Source of the DNA: Phyllosticta citribraziliensis
Taxonomy: Eukaryota
Direction: 5' to 3'
DNA: 64,000 nt
Assembly: GCF_038025025.1 (NCBI RefSeq)
Contig: NW_027117339.1
Location: 2,046,001 to 2,110,000, forward strand
The position numbers and the translations under genes were made by a program. The first letter of the stretch is position 1, and every line of letters begins with the position of its first letter. The notes below the pieces were generated by a model that made no database searches, had not been told where the DNA came from, and was given only the letters and a program-made list of their open reading frames with translations. This document shows positions 25,304-36,529 of this stretch, piece after piece.

Positions 25304-25823
25304 TCATTTGTCTTTATTGCCACGTTCGGGGTCATTCTCATCGAGCTCCTGATTCCGTATTGTTTGCATGAGTTCATGCAGTTGGCCGATTTGTTGGTCT
25401 GTGACCTGCTGTCAGTCTCGCACTGGCGGCCACATGCATCTGGCGCGACATACCGCTCATCTTGTCGATCTTGCTCTTATCCATTTTCTCGCCCCTCCAT
25501 GCGTCTCCCTCGAGCTGTTGTGCGTACATTTGCCATTCGGTCAGGAAGCCAATCTGGGCATGGTCAGCTTGGTCTCGCACTCGGGCTTTGTCCAGAAATC
25601 CTACAATGTGCATTGGATTCTCTACGCTCTTGTGCGCACGGAATTCCGATTTAACGTATTCATCGCCCAGCAGACGCATCTGCGTGTCCAGCTTTGTCCT
25701 GTGTGCGCGGAGTATGCGACGGTAGAGGGGGATTGGAGGAAGGAGGGCCATGGGCGCAGGGCGGAGAGGTTTGGACGCCCCAAGGGCGGTTGCCTCGGCG
25801 AAGAGAGATCGATACACCCTCAT
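25304..25823 (-). CDS. SDH7: Succinate dehydrogenase assembly factor 3 (Sdh7/Acn9, LYR family); 2 introns
   Basis: LLPPIPLYRRILRAHR..MRLLGDEYVKSEFRAHK..NPMHI|IGFLTEWQMYAQ..KIDKMS|DQQIGQLHELMQ is the SDHAF3 signature. Confidence 0.92.
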
Positions 25824-26010
25824 TTTCCGGTCGATTGAGCTTCTGCTATGTTGTTGACGATTGGAGGACTGTAGTCGAGGTGTGCGAGGACCCAAGGGTC
25901 TCCCAAGAGCCTCGGCAAAATGGAAGGCGGCAGATTTCCGTCAGCTAATTCCCACCGCCGACGTCACTCCCCCAGCTCTTTTTTCTGGCACACCTCGACG
26001 CGCAGCAACT

Positions 26011-26790
26011 ATGCTGCCGACACCAAGCACCTCCCACGTCTCCTTTGACCGCGTTTACGAACCCGCCGAAGACTCATTCCTCCTACTCGATACCCTGTCT
26101 TCCGACGACGAGACGAATTTCCTCTCGAAGCGATTCGACAAGCGCAATGGACACTGCGGTTCGCCGTTGGTGGTCGAAGTTGGCACAGGCTCTGGCGTCG
26201 TCCTAGCATTCGTCGCGCAGAACACCGATGTGCTGTTTCAGCGCAATGATGTGCTGACTCTCGGCATTGATATCAGCGCTTTTGCCTGTCATGCAACGAG
26301 CGAAACCGTCGCCACTGCTATCCAGGAAACCAGATCGCGAAATTCGCACCCCAGCGTGTTTCTTGACGCCGTTAACGCCGATCTTCTGTCCCCACTCAGA
26401 CCGGGAGCCGTCGACATTTTGATATTCAACCCACCGTATGTGCCCACGCCAGCGCTGCCGGACCCGACCAAGCACGACGAATACAATCATTTCGCACACA
26501 AGACTAGCTTTGACCAAGATTCTTACTTGCTCGAGCTGTCTTACGCCGGAGGCGCAGATGGCATGGAAACTACAAATAGACTCTTGGAGCAGCTTCCGAG
26601 TATACTACACGCGCAACGAGGGATGGCGTACGTGCTGCTGTGCGCACAGAACAAGCCACGAGAAGTCCTGGCCCGCGTACGCAGCTGGGGCACAGATTGG
26701 GGCGCGGAATTAGTCGGGAGCAGCGGGAAGACGGCAGGCTGGGAGAAGCTACAGATCCTACGCGTGTGGCGGCGCCAGAGTCTAGAGTAG
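26011..26790 (+). CDS. MTQ2: eRF1 N5-glutamine methyltransferase catalytic subunit (HemK2/N6AMT1 family)
   Basis: MLPTPST..VYEPAEDSFLLLD, SAM motif EVGTGSG, FNPPYVPT, AGGADGME and GWEKL. Confidence 0.93.
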   Translation: MLPTPSTSHVSFDRVYEPAEDSFLLLDTLSSDDETNFLSKRFDKRNGHCGSPLVVEVGTGSGVVLAFVAQNTDVLFQRNDVLTLGIDISAFACHATSETVATAIQETRSRNSHPSVFLDAVNADLLSPLRPGAVDILIFNPPYVPTPALPDPTKHDEYNHFAHKTSFDQDSYLLELSYAGGADGMETTNRLLEQLPSILHAQRGMAYVLLCAQNKPREVLARVRSWGTDWGAELVGSSGKTAGWEKLQILRVWRRQSLE

Positions 26791-27109
26791 GGAATAGTCG
26801 AGATGAGACGAAAGCAGCCGCTGATGATGGAGAAATCGCAGAGGCTGGAGAGAGTGATGTCACTTGCTATGCGCACTTGAAGCTGGAGAATGAGGACCGG
26901 GAGTGTGGAGATCGGTGCCTTTTTGGTGCACGGGTTGCTGTAGCAACGGCGGGCCGACACAACTTCGGCGGTGCCACGAAATCATCATGGTGGATTCCAC
27001 GGGCACCCGACCTCAGCTCGAGCCCCTTCGTCATCCACCTAAACCACTCCGCCTGCGCTACTTCAAGACATACCTATCCCATGTGCTCGAGACTCATTTT
27101 GCCCTCATC

Positions 27110-30100
27110 ATGAATAGATATGCGCAAGCGACCCCATGTCCTGCACCTCCAGCTCGCTCGACTCTCGCTCATCAAAACAATGCGAACGCGCGCACTTCGC
27201 ACGCATTCCACGACGACGCGACCGCAAACATTGACTACACCGTCCAGCTCAATGGCAAGCCACGGAAACGCGCAACTCGAGCCATAAAAGAGCCAGCCTT
27301 TGATCCATCCACCGATATCTGGCTAGACGATGCGATTCCACCGTCCTCCCAACGGGGCAGGAAATCTAGTCCACAACAAGCCAAACAGAGCCCAAGTCGA
27401 TCACGCAGCCGTGGTTCCAAGAAGCTCTCCACACTCGCGCAACCACCACAGCGAATACCTATCCCACATGCGCCGACAAAGGAAGATGAAGCCAAGGCTC
27501 CAAGAAGGCGCCGCGTGTCAGCATTGCTGGCAGAGAAGGGTCTAACGCCCAGCACAGTCAAGTCAAAGTCGGATTTGAAGGATGGCAAGCAAAAGAACAA
27601 GCCACTGGATATCCAAAAGGATCCGCGCCGCCGAACCATCTACGTACCGTCCGATGACACGACGATAATGACAATTCATCCCGGCGCATACAAGGGAAAT
27701 GGAAAACCGACGGATTTCACGACCGACTTTGCGGCATTCCCAGAGGAAAAATTGGCCTCAAAGCCGTCAGTACCCAAGGGAAGACCAGCAGCGAGGAAAT
27801 CGATTGCTGCGGCACCGAAACGAGCTCCACTCCAGAGAAGTTCAAGGCCATTGCAGGGTGTATCATTTGCCGAGGATGTCATGGGATCAGGAATTGGAAA
27901 AGAAAATGTGCCCCCTGGAATTGCTGTGAAGCAGCAGAAAAAATCTACCCCTGAGATCAAGAATCGCCTCTCAAAGCCTGTAAAACTCGAATCAACGGGG
28001 GCAAAGAAGACACAGTCTACCCCCCTGCTCACTGCAACCGCACAATCTGAGCCGAACCGCAAACGTCAGAGCCCTGGAGACCTCCAAAATGAAAAACCTT
28101 CCAAAGCGTTGAAGTCTCGCCAGGACGCCACCCCTGCGAGACCCCCACTTGGCGACAAAACCAACAAAAAGACGACTGCTTCGAAGTCTCCAAACCCTCG
28201 TATTCGGAAGCAGCAGCAAGCAAGGCCCACCTCCAAACTCGGCGTTCCTCTCCTTGCTCAGAAAATTCAAAAAGTGGACGACAAATACAAGGTCATCTCC
28301 GACGATCTCAGCAGTCCTGCGCTTTACGAGGACAACTGGCTCAGTTATCAAGAAGTCGCCATCACCCAGTTGATAAATAAACTTTTCGACTTGGTAGACT
28401 TGACGTCCCAAGACTTTGCCAGGGAGGCAGGCGGCCTTCGCAGGATGCTTTTATCTCTGTACCAGGAGCCTGCGATACCGGTTCTGTACAAACGACTCCA
28501 GGCATCTCTGATGTACGGAGCTTTGAGTATACCCCATGACCTCCTCTCCAAAGCCATACGGCTCAAGGATGATGTTGGATTGCGAAGCAAATATCTCAAG
28601 CTTTTCGTTGACACATACGACCCCTTCGTTCTCGCTGCAGCATTGGAAGTCATTGTGGGTCGGCAAGTGCCCACCTCCTCCCGACTTTCATCTAGTTCAA
28701 CCCCATCAGATGGCGAGACTCGAAGGATCCGGGCGCAAAAAAGAACGATCTCAGACTTTCTCGATACGTTTTTCGTTCGCCACGAGGACGCGATCCGCAT
28801 CAAAACCGGCCCAGGGACTATTTCCAGCATCGCTAGAGGTCAGAAGAAGGAGAATGATGACTTTGGCTCTCAAGGCTGGTCCTGGCGACGTACGGTCTTA
28901 CGCAGCCTTATGCTCATCCTTCTTCTTGACATGAGCAAGACTAGAGATATTCTCAACTTGCCTCTATTCCAAAGCGACTCACCGCACAAGTCATCCAACG
29001 CGGTCCTTCAAAGGCTTGCCAGCATGCTCTTCCCGTCCCTCGGGGACGTTTCCCGACCTTTGAGCCATCTCAATTACGAACTCAAGTGCGTCCAAGTTCC
29101 TCTCGAGGAATATTCATATCGCATAGATAACCTGGCTACCGACATGAGGGATGGGGTGATGTTGACAAGACTGGTTGAAGTTCTCTTATACACCCCTGCA
29201 ACACTGCCGACCCAGAAAGATATCACGGTGACAATGCCAACAGGCGATGTCTTGACAAGCACATTCAAGGTTGATGACAAGGACTCTTGGATTCTGTCGC
29301 GGCACTTAAAATTTCCTTGCATTGGGCGGACGCAAAAGCTCTTCAATGTCCAAGTCGCTTTAAGCGCCTTGGAAGGAGTGCAGGGCGCCGCTGGTCGTGT
29401 CGTCAAAGAGGTCACAGCCGAACATGTCGTCGATGGTCATCGTGAAAAGACACTTGGTCTGCTATGGGCTTTGGTTGGCAAATGGGGTCTTGGAATGCTG
29501 GTGGACTGGGCCGAGCTGTCCAAGGAAACTCTCCGCCATCGCGAGAAGTTCTACGCACAAACAAAGGACGACGATCACCGCGATCCGCACAGCGATTCCG
29601 AGCCCGAGTCCGAGTTTGAGAGAACCCCTGCTGAAAATACCAGCCTCGTGAAGCACACCGCAAGACTCAAGGCGTGGGCACATGGGATTGCTCGTCTCCA
29701 AGGTCTTCGCGTCGCAAACCTCACCACCTCATTTGCCGACAACCGCGTCCTCGAAGCCATTGTGGACCAGTATCTACCCTGCTTTCCCAGTGTAGCAGCT
29801 CCCAATCCACTGGCTGGCGATGTCTCGTCCCTCAAATCCAAACTGAAGGCCATCGGCTGCAGCGACTCGTTCATTTCCCTCTACACGCCTTCAACCACGG
29901 GTTCGGCCGCCCGTCCAATTCCCTCCAAAGACTTTACCACCACGACGCTCGCTTTCCTCGCATCTCGCCTCCTCCCGGCTTCGCGTGCACATCGCGCTGC
30001 CTGTGCTATCCAGCACTGGTACCGTCTACGTCTTGCACGGCGCGAGGCCACTCGCAGGGTGGCCCTGATGCGCCTGGCGGCCCACTGCGCAACGGTGGTG

Positions 30101-30301
30101 CAGACGCGCGACAAGGTCGTAGGGGCTGCGATGGTGCTGCAGAGAGCGTGGAGACGCGTCCTGGACGCGCGAATTGGACGTCTGATTGGCGACGTGCTTG
30201 GGTTCCAGGCCGCGGCCAGGGGTTGGGCAGTGAGGAGGAGGTTGGCGGCGTTGAAGGGAGGGAAGTCCAAGAGGAAGGAGAATGTCAGAGGAGGTTGGTA
30301 A
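27110..30301 (+). CDS. ASPM/Asp-like spindle-pole protein (calponin-homology domains plus IQ motifs)
   Basis: Basic disordered N-terminus; YSYRIDNLATDMRDGVMLTRLVE, QKLFNVQVAL and VVDGHREKTLGLLW match the ASPM CH domain; second CH-like NLTTSFAD; IQ motifs AACAIQHWYR, AAMVLQRAWRR, FQAAARGWAVRR. Single long ORF; start inferred. Confidence 0.8.
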   Translation: MNRYAQATPCPAPPARSTLAHQNNANARTSHAFHDDATANIDYTVQLNGKPRKRATRAIKEPAFDPSTDIWLDDAIPPSSQRGRKSSPQQAKQSPSRSRSRGSKKLSTLAQPPQRIPIPHAPTKEDEAKAPRRRRVSALLAEKGLTPSTVKSKSDLKDGKQKNKPLDIQKDPRRRTIYVPSDDTTIMTIHPGAYKGNGKPTDFTTDFAAFPEEKLASKPSVPKGRPAARKSIAAAPKRAPLQRSSRPLQGVSFAEDVMGSGIGKENVPPGIAVKQQKKSTPEIKNRLSKPVKLESTGAKKTQSTPLLTATAQSEPNRKRQSPGDLQNEKPSKALKSRQDATPARPPLGDKTNKKTTASKSPNPRIRKQQQARPTSKLGVPLLAQKIQKVDDKYKVISDDLSSPALYEDNWLSYQEVAITQLINKLFDLVDLTSQDFAREAGGLRRMLLSLYQEPAIPVLYKRLQASLMYGALSIPHDLLSKAIRLKDDVGLRSKYLKLFVDTYDPFVLAAALEVIVGRQVPTSSRLSSSSTPSDGETRRIRAQKRTISDFLDTFFVRHEDAIRIKTGPGTISSIARGQKKENDDFGSQGWSWRRTVLRSLMLILLLDMSKTRDILNLPLFQSDSPHKSSNAVLQRLASMLFPSLGDVSRPLSHLNYELKCVQVPLEEYSYRIDNLATDMRDGVMLTRLVEVLLYTPATLPTQKDITVTMPTGDVLTSTFKVDDKDSWILSRHLKFPCIGRTQKLFNVQVALSALEGVQGAAGRVVKEVTAEHVVDGHREKTLGLLWALVGKWGLGMLVDWAELSKETLRHREKFYAQTKDDDHRDPHSDSEPESEFERTPAENTSLVKHTARLKAWAHGIARLQGLRVANLTTSFADNRVLEAIVDQYLPCFPSVAAPNPLAGDVSSLKSKLKAIGCSDSFISLYTPSTTGSAARPIPSKDFTTTTLAFLASRLLPASRAHRAACAIQHWYRLRLARREATRRVALMRLAAHCATVVQTRDKVVGAAMVLQRAWRRVLDARIGRLIGDVLGFQAAARGWAVRRRLAALKGGKSKRKENVRGGW

Positions 30302-31013
30302 GCTGTGTTGGATTGCTCTGACGATTGGACTGGTGGTGGTGCTGTTTGCGACTAGCGTCTCGGTTTGTTTGGCGTTTGTCTTTTGGTGTCTTGATGACTG
30401 GCTTGGGGGCGGCTGTTGGTTTCAAGGTGTTGCGATCACTTCCTGGATTGATGACTTGACGAACTTCTTTTCGGCTGTTTCTTATACCCTCTTGAAGCGC
30501 TCCCTTACATTCAATCGCTCCCTCATCGCAGGTAGATGTAGATATACAGTTTTATCAAACTACTCAATTTGCAACGAGAGTGTGCACTCGTGGCGCGCAC
30601 AGATGTTGTCTTTTTAAGGCAATCGTACTCATTGAAATCAATCATGAAAAGCGGCTGTGGTAGTTGAAACTCATTTCCCATGTAAATTCTACCAAAACGA
30701 CGTTCCGCTGTAAGTGGTTTTCATCACTGACCTATGGAATAACAAAGCGCATGAGCGAAGAAGCCAGACACGCCTGGTATTGTCGTAACCCATCAATAAT
30801 CCTGACCATCATTCCCCTTTTTTTTTTGGCGTGGGAGAATCCACCTCCCTGAAAGGCCGCGACTCATAACCTTCATTCCCCATCATGACCGATGTTGCTG
30901 CTCTGAAATTCCCATTTCCCATGACCTGAGACCCGTGTAGTCTCAATGCTGAATCCGGAAAAAACTCCGATGCAGCGACCTGCCAAAGCTTCGACAAAAG
31001 ATTCACCGTGTCC

Positions 31014-33874
31014 TCACATCATACCGCTTCTCTCTGGCGTGTCTTCACCCATAAAGACATTGCTGCCGCTGCCGCCCATGAACGCCGGGTTGATGGCCTG
31101 CGATTGGGATTGCGGCTGCGAGCTTTGTCCTTGCTGGGTTTGCGGGTTTGGCGGTACACTTGCGCTGACATCTGACATCAAGTCCGGTACGCCCATTGGC
31201 CACATCTGGTTGTTTGGGTCCATGGCTGTACCTTGGACATACGAATCCCATGCCTCCTAAATATCACATTAGTGAAAACTTTCTCCAAGTATCTCAGAGG
31301 AAGAAGAACTTACCCAGTCAAGGTTCGACGATGGCATATCAATTCCCTGCAGGCCAATGCTCGAGGTGCCAAACATTTGCGAGAAAGGACTGGCAGCAGA
31401 TACCGGTCCCGCCTGTTCGCCACTAGAACTAGGACCGGCATATTGTGGCGTCAGGCCGGTGCCTTGAGAGAGTGGGTCATTCAGAATGTTTCCCATCGAA
31501 GCGGGGTAAGCAGGTCGATTGTCAAACATATTTGCGCTGTTTGGAGTCAAGGCGCCGGTGCTCAACATGCCAAGAGTCATTGCAGCCGAATGTTCAGGAG
31601 CCACATTTGAGTCGTCCTGGAGATTCGTTGTTGCTGGGTATGCCGCGGCAGCTGTCGCGAAATTCGACTGTGCTTGACGCAGAGCGTGAGATGACTTTAA
31701 CGTATTGAGCATGACACTCAATGAAGCATGCGCCTTGTACGCTTCCATGGAGCCATTTGAGTATTCCGCCCAAATCGGCACTACCGTGTCAATGGCCGCC
31801 AACATCTCGTCGCGGCGGTCTTGAGGCCAGCTGTAGACATCGGTCGATGGCGCACGGCCGCTCCTTTCGGTCTCGCAGGTGTGGTAGAGATCGAGCGCAA
31901 TGACCATCGCTGCGACGAGGAAGTCGTTCGTTGTGAGCGAGGTAATGAACCACTTGACAGTCCGCAAACGACCGCCCTGATGTGATTCATGGTAGATAGT
32001 CGCCTGGTGTTTCAACATGGCCATAGAAGCGTCGATGCAAGTCCGGCGAGAATAGGCGTATCTTGAATTTTCGCGCGAAGGGCCTAGGAATTTCCTGTGC
32101 AACACGATTTGCGCCTTAAGGTAGAGTAGTTCAAGGCTGAAGCGCTGCATGACGAGAGTAGCGGGATCGCGCGCAGACTCATCCATCGATCTGATCTGGA
32201 GATGAGGAGGAACGGCAGCTTTGAGCTCCCTGAGACGCTGATCAAGCTTCGTGACGCCCTCGTAGGACGTGCAGCTCAAGGCCTGGGATTCCTCAACCAC
32301 TTTCCCAAATGCGTAAACAAGTTTTGCCTTTGTAATCATGTAGGAACACGGCGTGGGCTCGGTGACTGGTCTTGATTGAGGGAGAATCTTCATCTCTTCG
32401 TACAGTTCGTCGTCGTAAATGTTTCGCGGAAGCTCAGTGGTTGCGTCGCTTGACCTGACCATTGGAGGCTGGCCATTTTGCTGAGAAAACAGCAGGTCCA
32501 TCTTCCGGACAACACACCAAACTCGCCGGCGCATCTCGCCCTGGAATGGTGATAGTGCGCGGTATGGTGCCGGGTCTCTGTGATATCCCATGCGCATGGC
32601 CAAGCGGACAAGGATGGTCCAACTGACCAACACGCCCAGCTCGGCATCTCTGCTCCGAGCATACTCGCCCTGCACGTGGAGGATCAGAGTCTCCAGCATG
32701 TGGGTGACAGGCGCCGTGATGTCGGCCTTGAGAAGGCATTGAGCGGTCCGTCGCCGGTATTCGCTCGACATCTCCCAGGTTTTGCCGCGATACTCGGGAG
32801 GTTCGTCGCCTGCTCTATGATATGATTGCAACGCGATACACATCATCGCATAGGCCATGCCGAGCCAGATAATGGGGGTCTCTTCCGGGCTCAACCAGTG
32901 GTGGTCGTATTGCTTCTGAAACGTTGGACCATGAATGATGTGAAATCCAGGGTCGTACACGTTGAAATAGCGCGTGATGAGCAGGTCGGAGACAGCCTTG
33001 GGAGGAAACGCTGCCAAAATCTCTGCCTTGTCAACTGGCTGCACAGCACCAAAGAGGAATGCTGTGCCTGGACTGATGTCATCTGTGTACGTTGCTTGGT
33101 GTCGTTTTAGTTGCTCATCATACTGCTTCTTGTGCTCGGCAAAGTAGCTCTTGACTTCGGCAATCTGCAGCAAACATCGTTAGAAATCATCAGACTTTGA
33201 GGGGTTCAGCAAGACGTACCTCTCCTAATATTGCGTACCAGTGGGCTTCGGACGCGAAAATAGATTTGTTATTGTCCACCTTCATGATTCCAATCGATTT
33301 TGCAACCTGATCCACATCGCTGTCTTCATGGCCACTTGCGTGTGCTTCCGGCTCTTCCTTGATTGACATTCGCCTGTCAACCTCCGATGAGCCTTCTGTC
33401 GAGCTGCCCCCAACGCTTCCATGGTTTTGGGGTGGATTTGGCAGGCTTATGTTCGCATTCGCGATGGCAGCAGCAGCAGCAACAGGACCAGCTGATTGGG
33501 CTCCATTGGTCATGAGTGATAGCACCAAGCCCTCCAAGCGGTCGATTCGATTTTGCATGTCGTCCGGGGTGGTTGGTGGCGTATGCGTCAATGAAGTCTT
33601 TTTGCGGTTGCCAGGAGTGGCATATGTGCAGGAGGCATTGTCGCCTCGTTTGGAGCAGTTATCACATGGATGGCCGCGGTTGCATTTGAGCCTGGTGATG
33701 AGGTGGTCAGCGCTTTAGGTGCTGTTGCGGAGTTCATCGAAGGAAAACCTACTTTCTGTGTCGGCATGGCGCACACGAGAGTGGCACTCTATTCCGCTTG
33801 CGCACGACCCGAAACTGACCATCTGGGGAATGGCCGGAGTTAGAGGAGGCGCCCGAAGGGGGAGTGGGTGTCAT
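31014..33874 (-). CDS. Zn(II)2Cys6 transcription factor with fungal-specific TF middle homology domain; about 4 exons
   Basis: RKRNRVPLSCAPCRHRK|LKCNRGHPCDNCSKRGDNASCTY binuclear cluster, coiled coil MQNRIDRLEGLV, and VRLAMRMGYHRDP..GEMRRRVW. Confidence 0.92.
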
Positions 33875-36211
33875 GATTGTTCGACTTTATTTTGGTCCAA
33901 TGACAGAACAAGCCGGAAAGCCGCGCAGCCTAAATCCGAACACTCGAGTGCTGCTTATGTATAAATGGAGCCACGCGGGACTTTTGATGAGATGCTTTGA
34001 AGTAGGAATTAGGTGATGTAGCTGTTCTAATAGGCAGTCATGCGATTTCGCGTCCGATCAATGAACCTGAAGACTCGGGAAACCGGTCGCGTAAAGGCCT
34101 ATTGCCAGAGGAAATTGTCAAAGAAGCCAGGTGGTAGTACTCAGTCCAGGCGGGGGCGGGAGACGCAGGATCCGTCCGTCGTGTAATAGCGGAGGTGGAC
34201 GCGGAGATGTCGTTAAATCCACTTCTGCCCTCCGGCCAACTGCTTGATAGAAAAGGAGGCCCCGAGAAGCGCCGGGCCCTCTTGTCCTCGTCTGGTGGCT
34301 TGTGGCTGCACCACACCGACTTGGTTGCCTCTTTTGTTGCTCCTTGAGCTTCCTTTGAACGATGTGGACCTCAGCCGGCCGATGGGACTGGACTGGTTGC
34401 GAAAAGATCGGTTTCGAGATGCGAGAGAGGCTTTCTTCTGCAGCGGACACTGCCACTGTGCGCGCGTTTCTCAAAGGAGGTTCGAGAAGAGAGGACCGGC
34501 GATGAGGGCTTAACGCCGTTGTATCTCCAGGGACGTCAGGGCGAGGTTTTTCGAGTGCGCAACTCCTGTGACATCAAAAGGCAACCCGTCAGTATGAGGT
34601 CCAAGCTGCTTCGCCACTTGCGCTTACCCCAGTTGAAATACAGGCACCAGTCGAGTCCTTGGCCGGTGGTGTGCGGTGATCTTGGCCCCAGAGAGAGCAA
34701 AGCTGGTCGTTTCGTGCAGAACGGCGCGTGGAGAAGCTCCGGGACAATGCGCGCGTCGAAGAAGCGGGCGACGGACGATGTTGGCACGTCAAGATGGGCG
34801 CTCTCGTGGCGGAGCGTGGAGCGGGGTCGTCTGGAGGTGAGGTGTGTCGCGACGTCAAGCGGAGAGAAGTTGGACTTGAGAAGGCAGAGCTGACGAGACC
34901 TGACAGCGTCCGCTATCTGCCCACGCGCCAAGCCACAGGCACATGAATTTCCCTCTGGGCTTGATCCTCGTCCACACTGCTAATTCGCTCCAGTGACTCA
35001 CAGAATTCCATCTCCCGTCGCGGTGTCGAATTCGAGCTTCCTCAAACAACTCACCTCTCCGTCCCGCGTCCCCCAGCCACCTCTTATATCCTAACTCCGT
35101 TGTCAATGCTCTCTCTCCCTCGCGACCTCGAGGTCCCATCTCATGCCTCCCGCCGTCGCAACTCCATCTCCGTCTCCAGCTGCAGACATGTCCCTGCGCC
35201 CGGCCATGCTCAGCTCGCCTACTCGACTCCAGCCACTGCGCCAACGAACCAATCGACAGTCCATCTCCAACCCAAGGACAGCGTCCCGCTACCCCTCATT
35301 CATGGATTCCTTCTCCTCATGACCAGCTCGCAGGGATTCCGCGAGAACCACGACGATAGACCAAAGATCAGAGGAGCTCTCGGCCCGCCACAATGTCTGA
35401 ACAGCCTTCGAGTGAAAGACGCTTCGCGCGGGATGCCTCAAACGTGCTAGTGGCCGCTTGTTGCCCGCAGCGGCACTATCGAGGCGGCCATCAATTCCTT
35501 ATCGCGCCTTGAGCACCCAGGGCTGCCTCTGTCGTCATGGATAGGATCAGCTCTCACATGCGTCTCACGGTGATGCTTCCTCAAGGAACATCTGCGCTAG
35601 ACTAAACGCGACGTTCAATTCGCAAACTTGACGAACTGGAACATTCTCAGCGAGTCTCCGGATGCCTCTTCTACAGCCAGTGGCTGCTCCTAGGAAAAGA
35701 AAGAAAATAAGCAAATATCCATCTGCAAGGCTTGACCATTCTCAGAGGAAAGCTGAAGAAACACTCTCCAAGAAAGCGGAGTCTAGTCCACAGCGTTCTG
35801 TCATTGGACGCTACTCACGTTAGACTACCACATGCACGTCAGCGCGCCCTGGTGTCTAGGCACCTGTCATTGGCGAATCGAACCGGCGATGGACAGCCTG
35901 TCAAATCACGGGAAGCTACCGGCTTTTGCAACCAACCCAATAAACTTGAGCAAGGTAGGCAATTGGCCCACTTGTTGTTCCTTTCAACGTCCTTTTACAA
36001 GTGGGTCTCGTCGCCTTTTCCTCCTTTCATGAATCGTTTCCCAATTCGTCTCCGCATGCCTTGCTCTGTCGTTTGTTGGTCCCTTTCTTCCGTGCATTTC
36101 CTCCCGTACTTTGGCGCGGGTCACCTTTGAGCAATTTACTCGGTACCCTGATCTCCGCGTGTTCCATGGATTAATAAACTTCGCTCCCGCTCCGCAAAGC
36201 CCTCGAGGGTC

Positions 36212-36225
36212 AAAAGAAAACAAAA
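36212..36225 (-). terminator. Putative Pol III oligo(T) terminator of the tRNA-like gene
   Basis: TTTTGTTTTCTTTT on the minus strand about 20 nt after the discriminator base. Confidence 0.45.
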
Positions 36226-36245
36226 GAAGCAAGCGAAATGGCACT

Positions 36246-36327
36246 CAGGTTGGCCAGGACTCGAACCTGGGACTTGCCATAGGCGCGACTGTAGCCACGA
36301 CAGGCGTCTCCACCACACCACCAACCC
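36246..36327 (-). tRNA. Atypical tRNA-like Pol III gene (isotype undetermined; possible pseudo-tRNA or tRNA-like ncRNA)
   Basis: Minus strand GGGTTGG TG GTGT GGTGGAG ACGC C TGTCG TGGCTACAGTCGCGCCTA TGGCA AGTC CCAGG TTCGAGT CCTGG CCAACCT G. It has a 7-bp acceptor stem, 4-bp D stem, 5-bp anticodon stem, perfect T arm/B-box, and T-runs just downstream. Confidence 0.65.
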
Positions 36328-36529
36328 GTTTTGCGGTTTTGCCGCGGTATGGAAGGGCACTCAGGTTTTTGCAGACTGGAAAAACCAAAGAGCAGCGGCT
36401 CGAAATGTCTGAGATATATTGTAGACAAGAAACTGGGAATTGCAAGCGCAGCGGTACTTGTGATCTGAAAGTGTCTGCTGATTTCAGGTACTTTGTAGGA
36501 TCACACTCGAGCATCATTCGTATGCACGT

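Noticed and set aside
35100..35450. 116-aa ORF after a CT-rich tract, divergent from the Zn2Cys6 gene
   Set aside because: No motif or codon-bias support; cannot be distinguished from promoter sequence.
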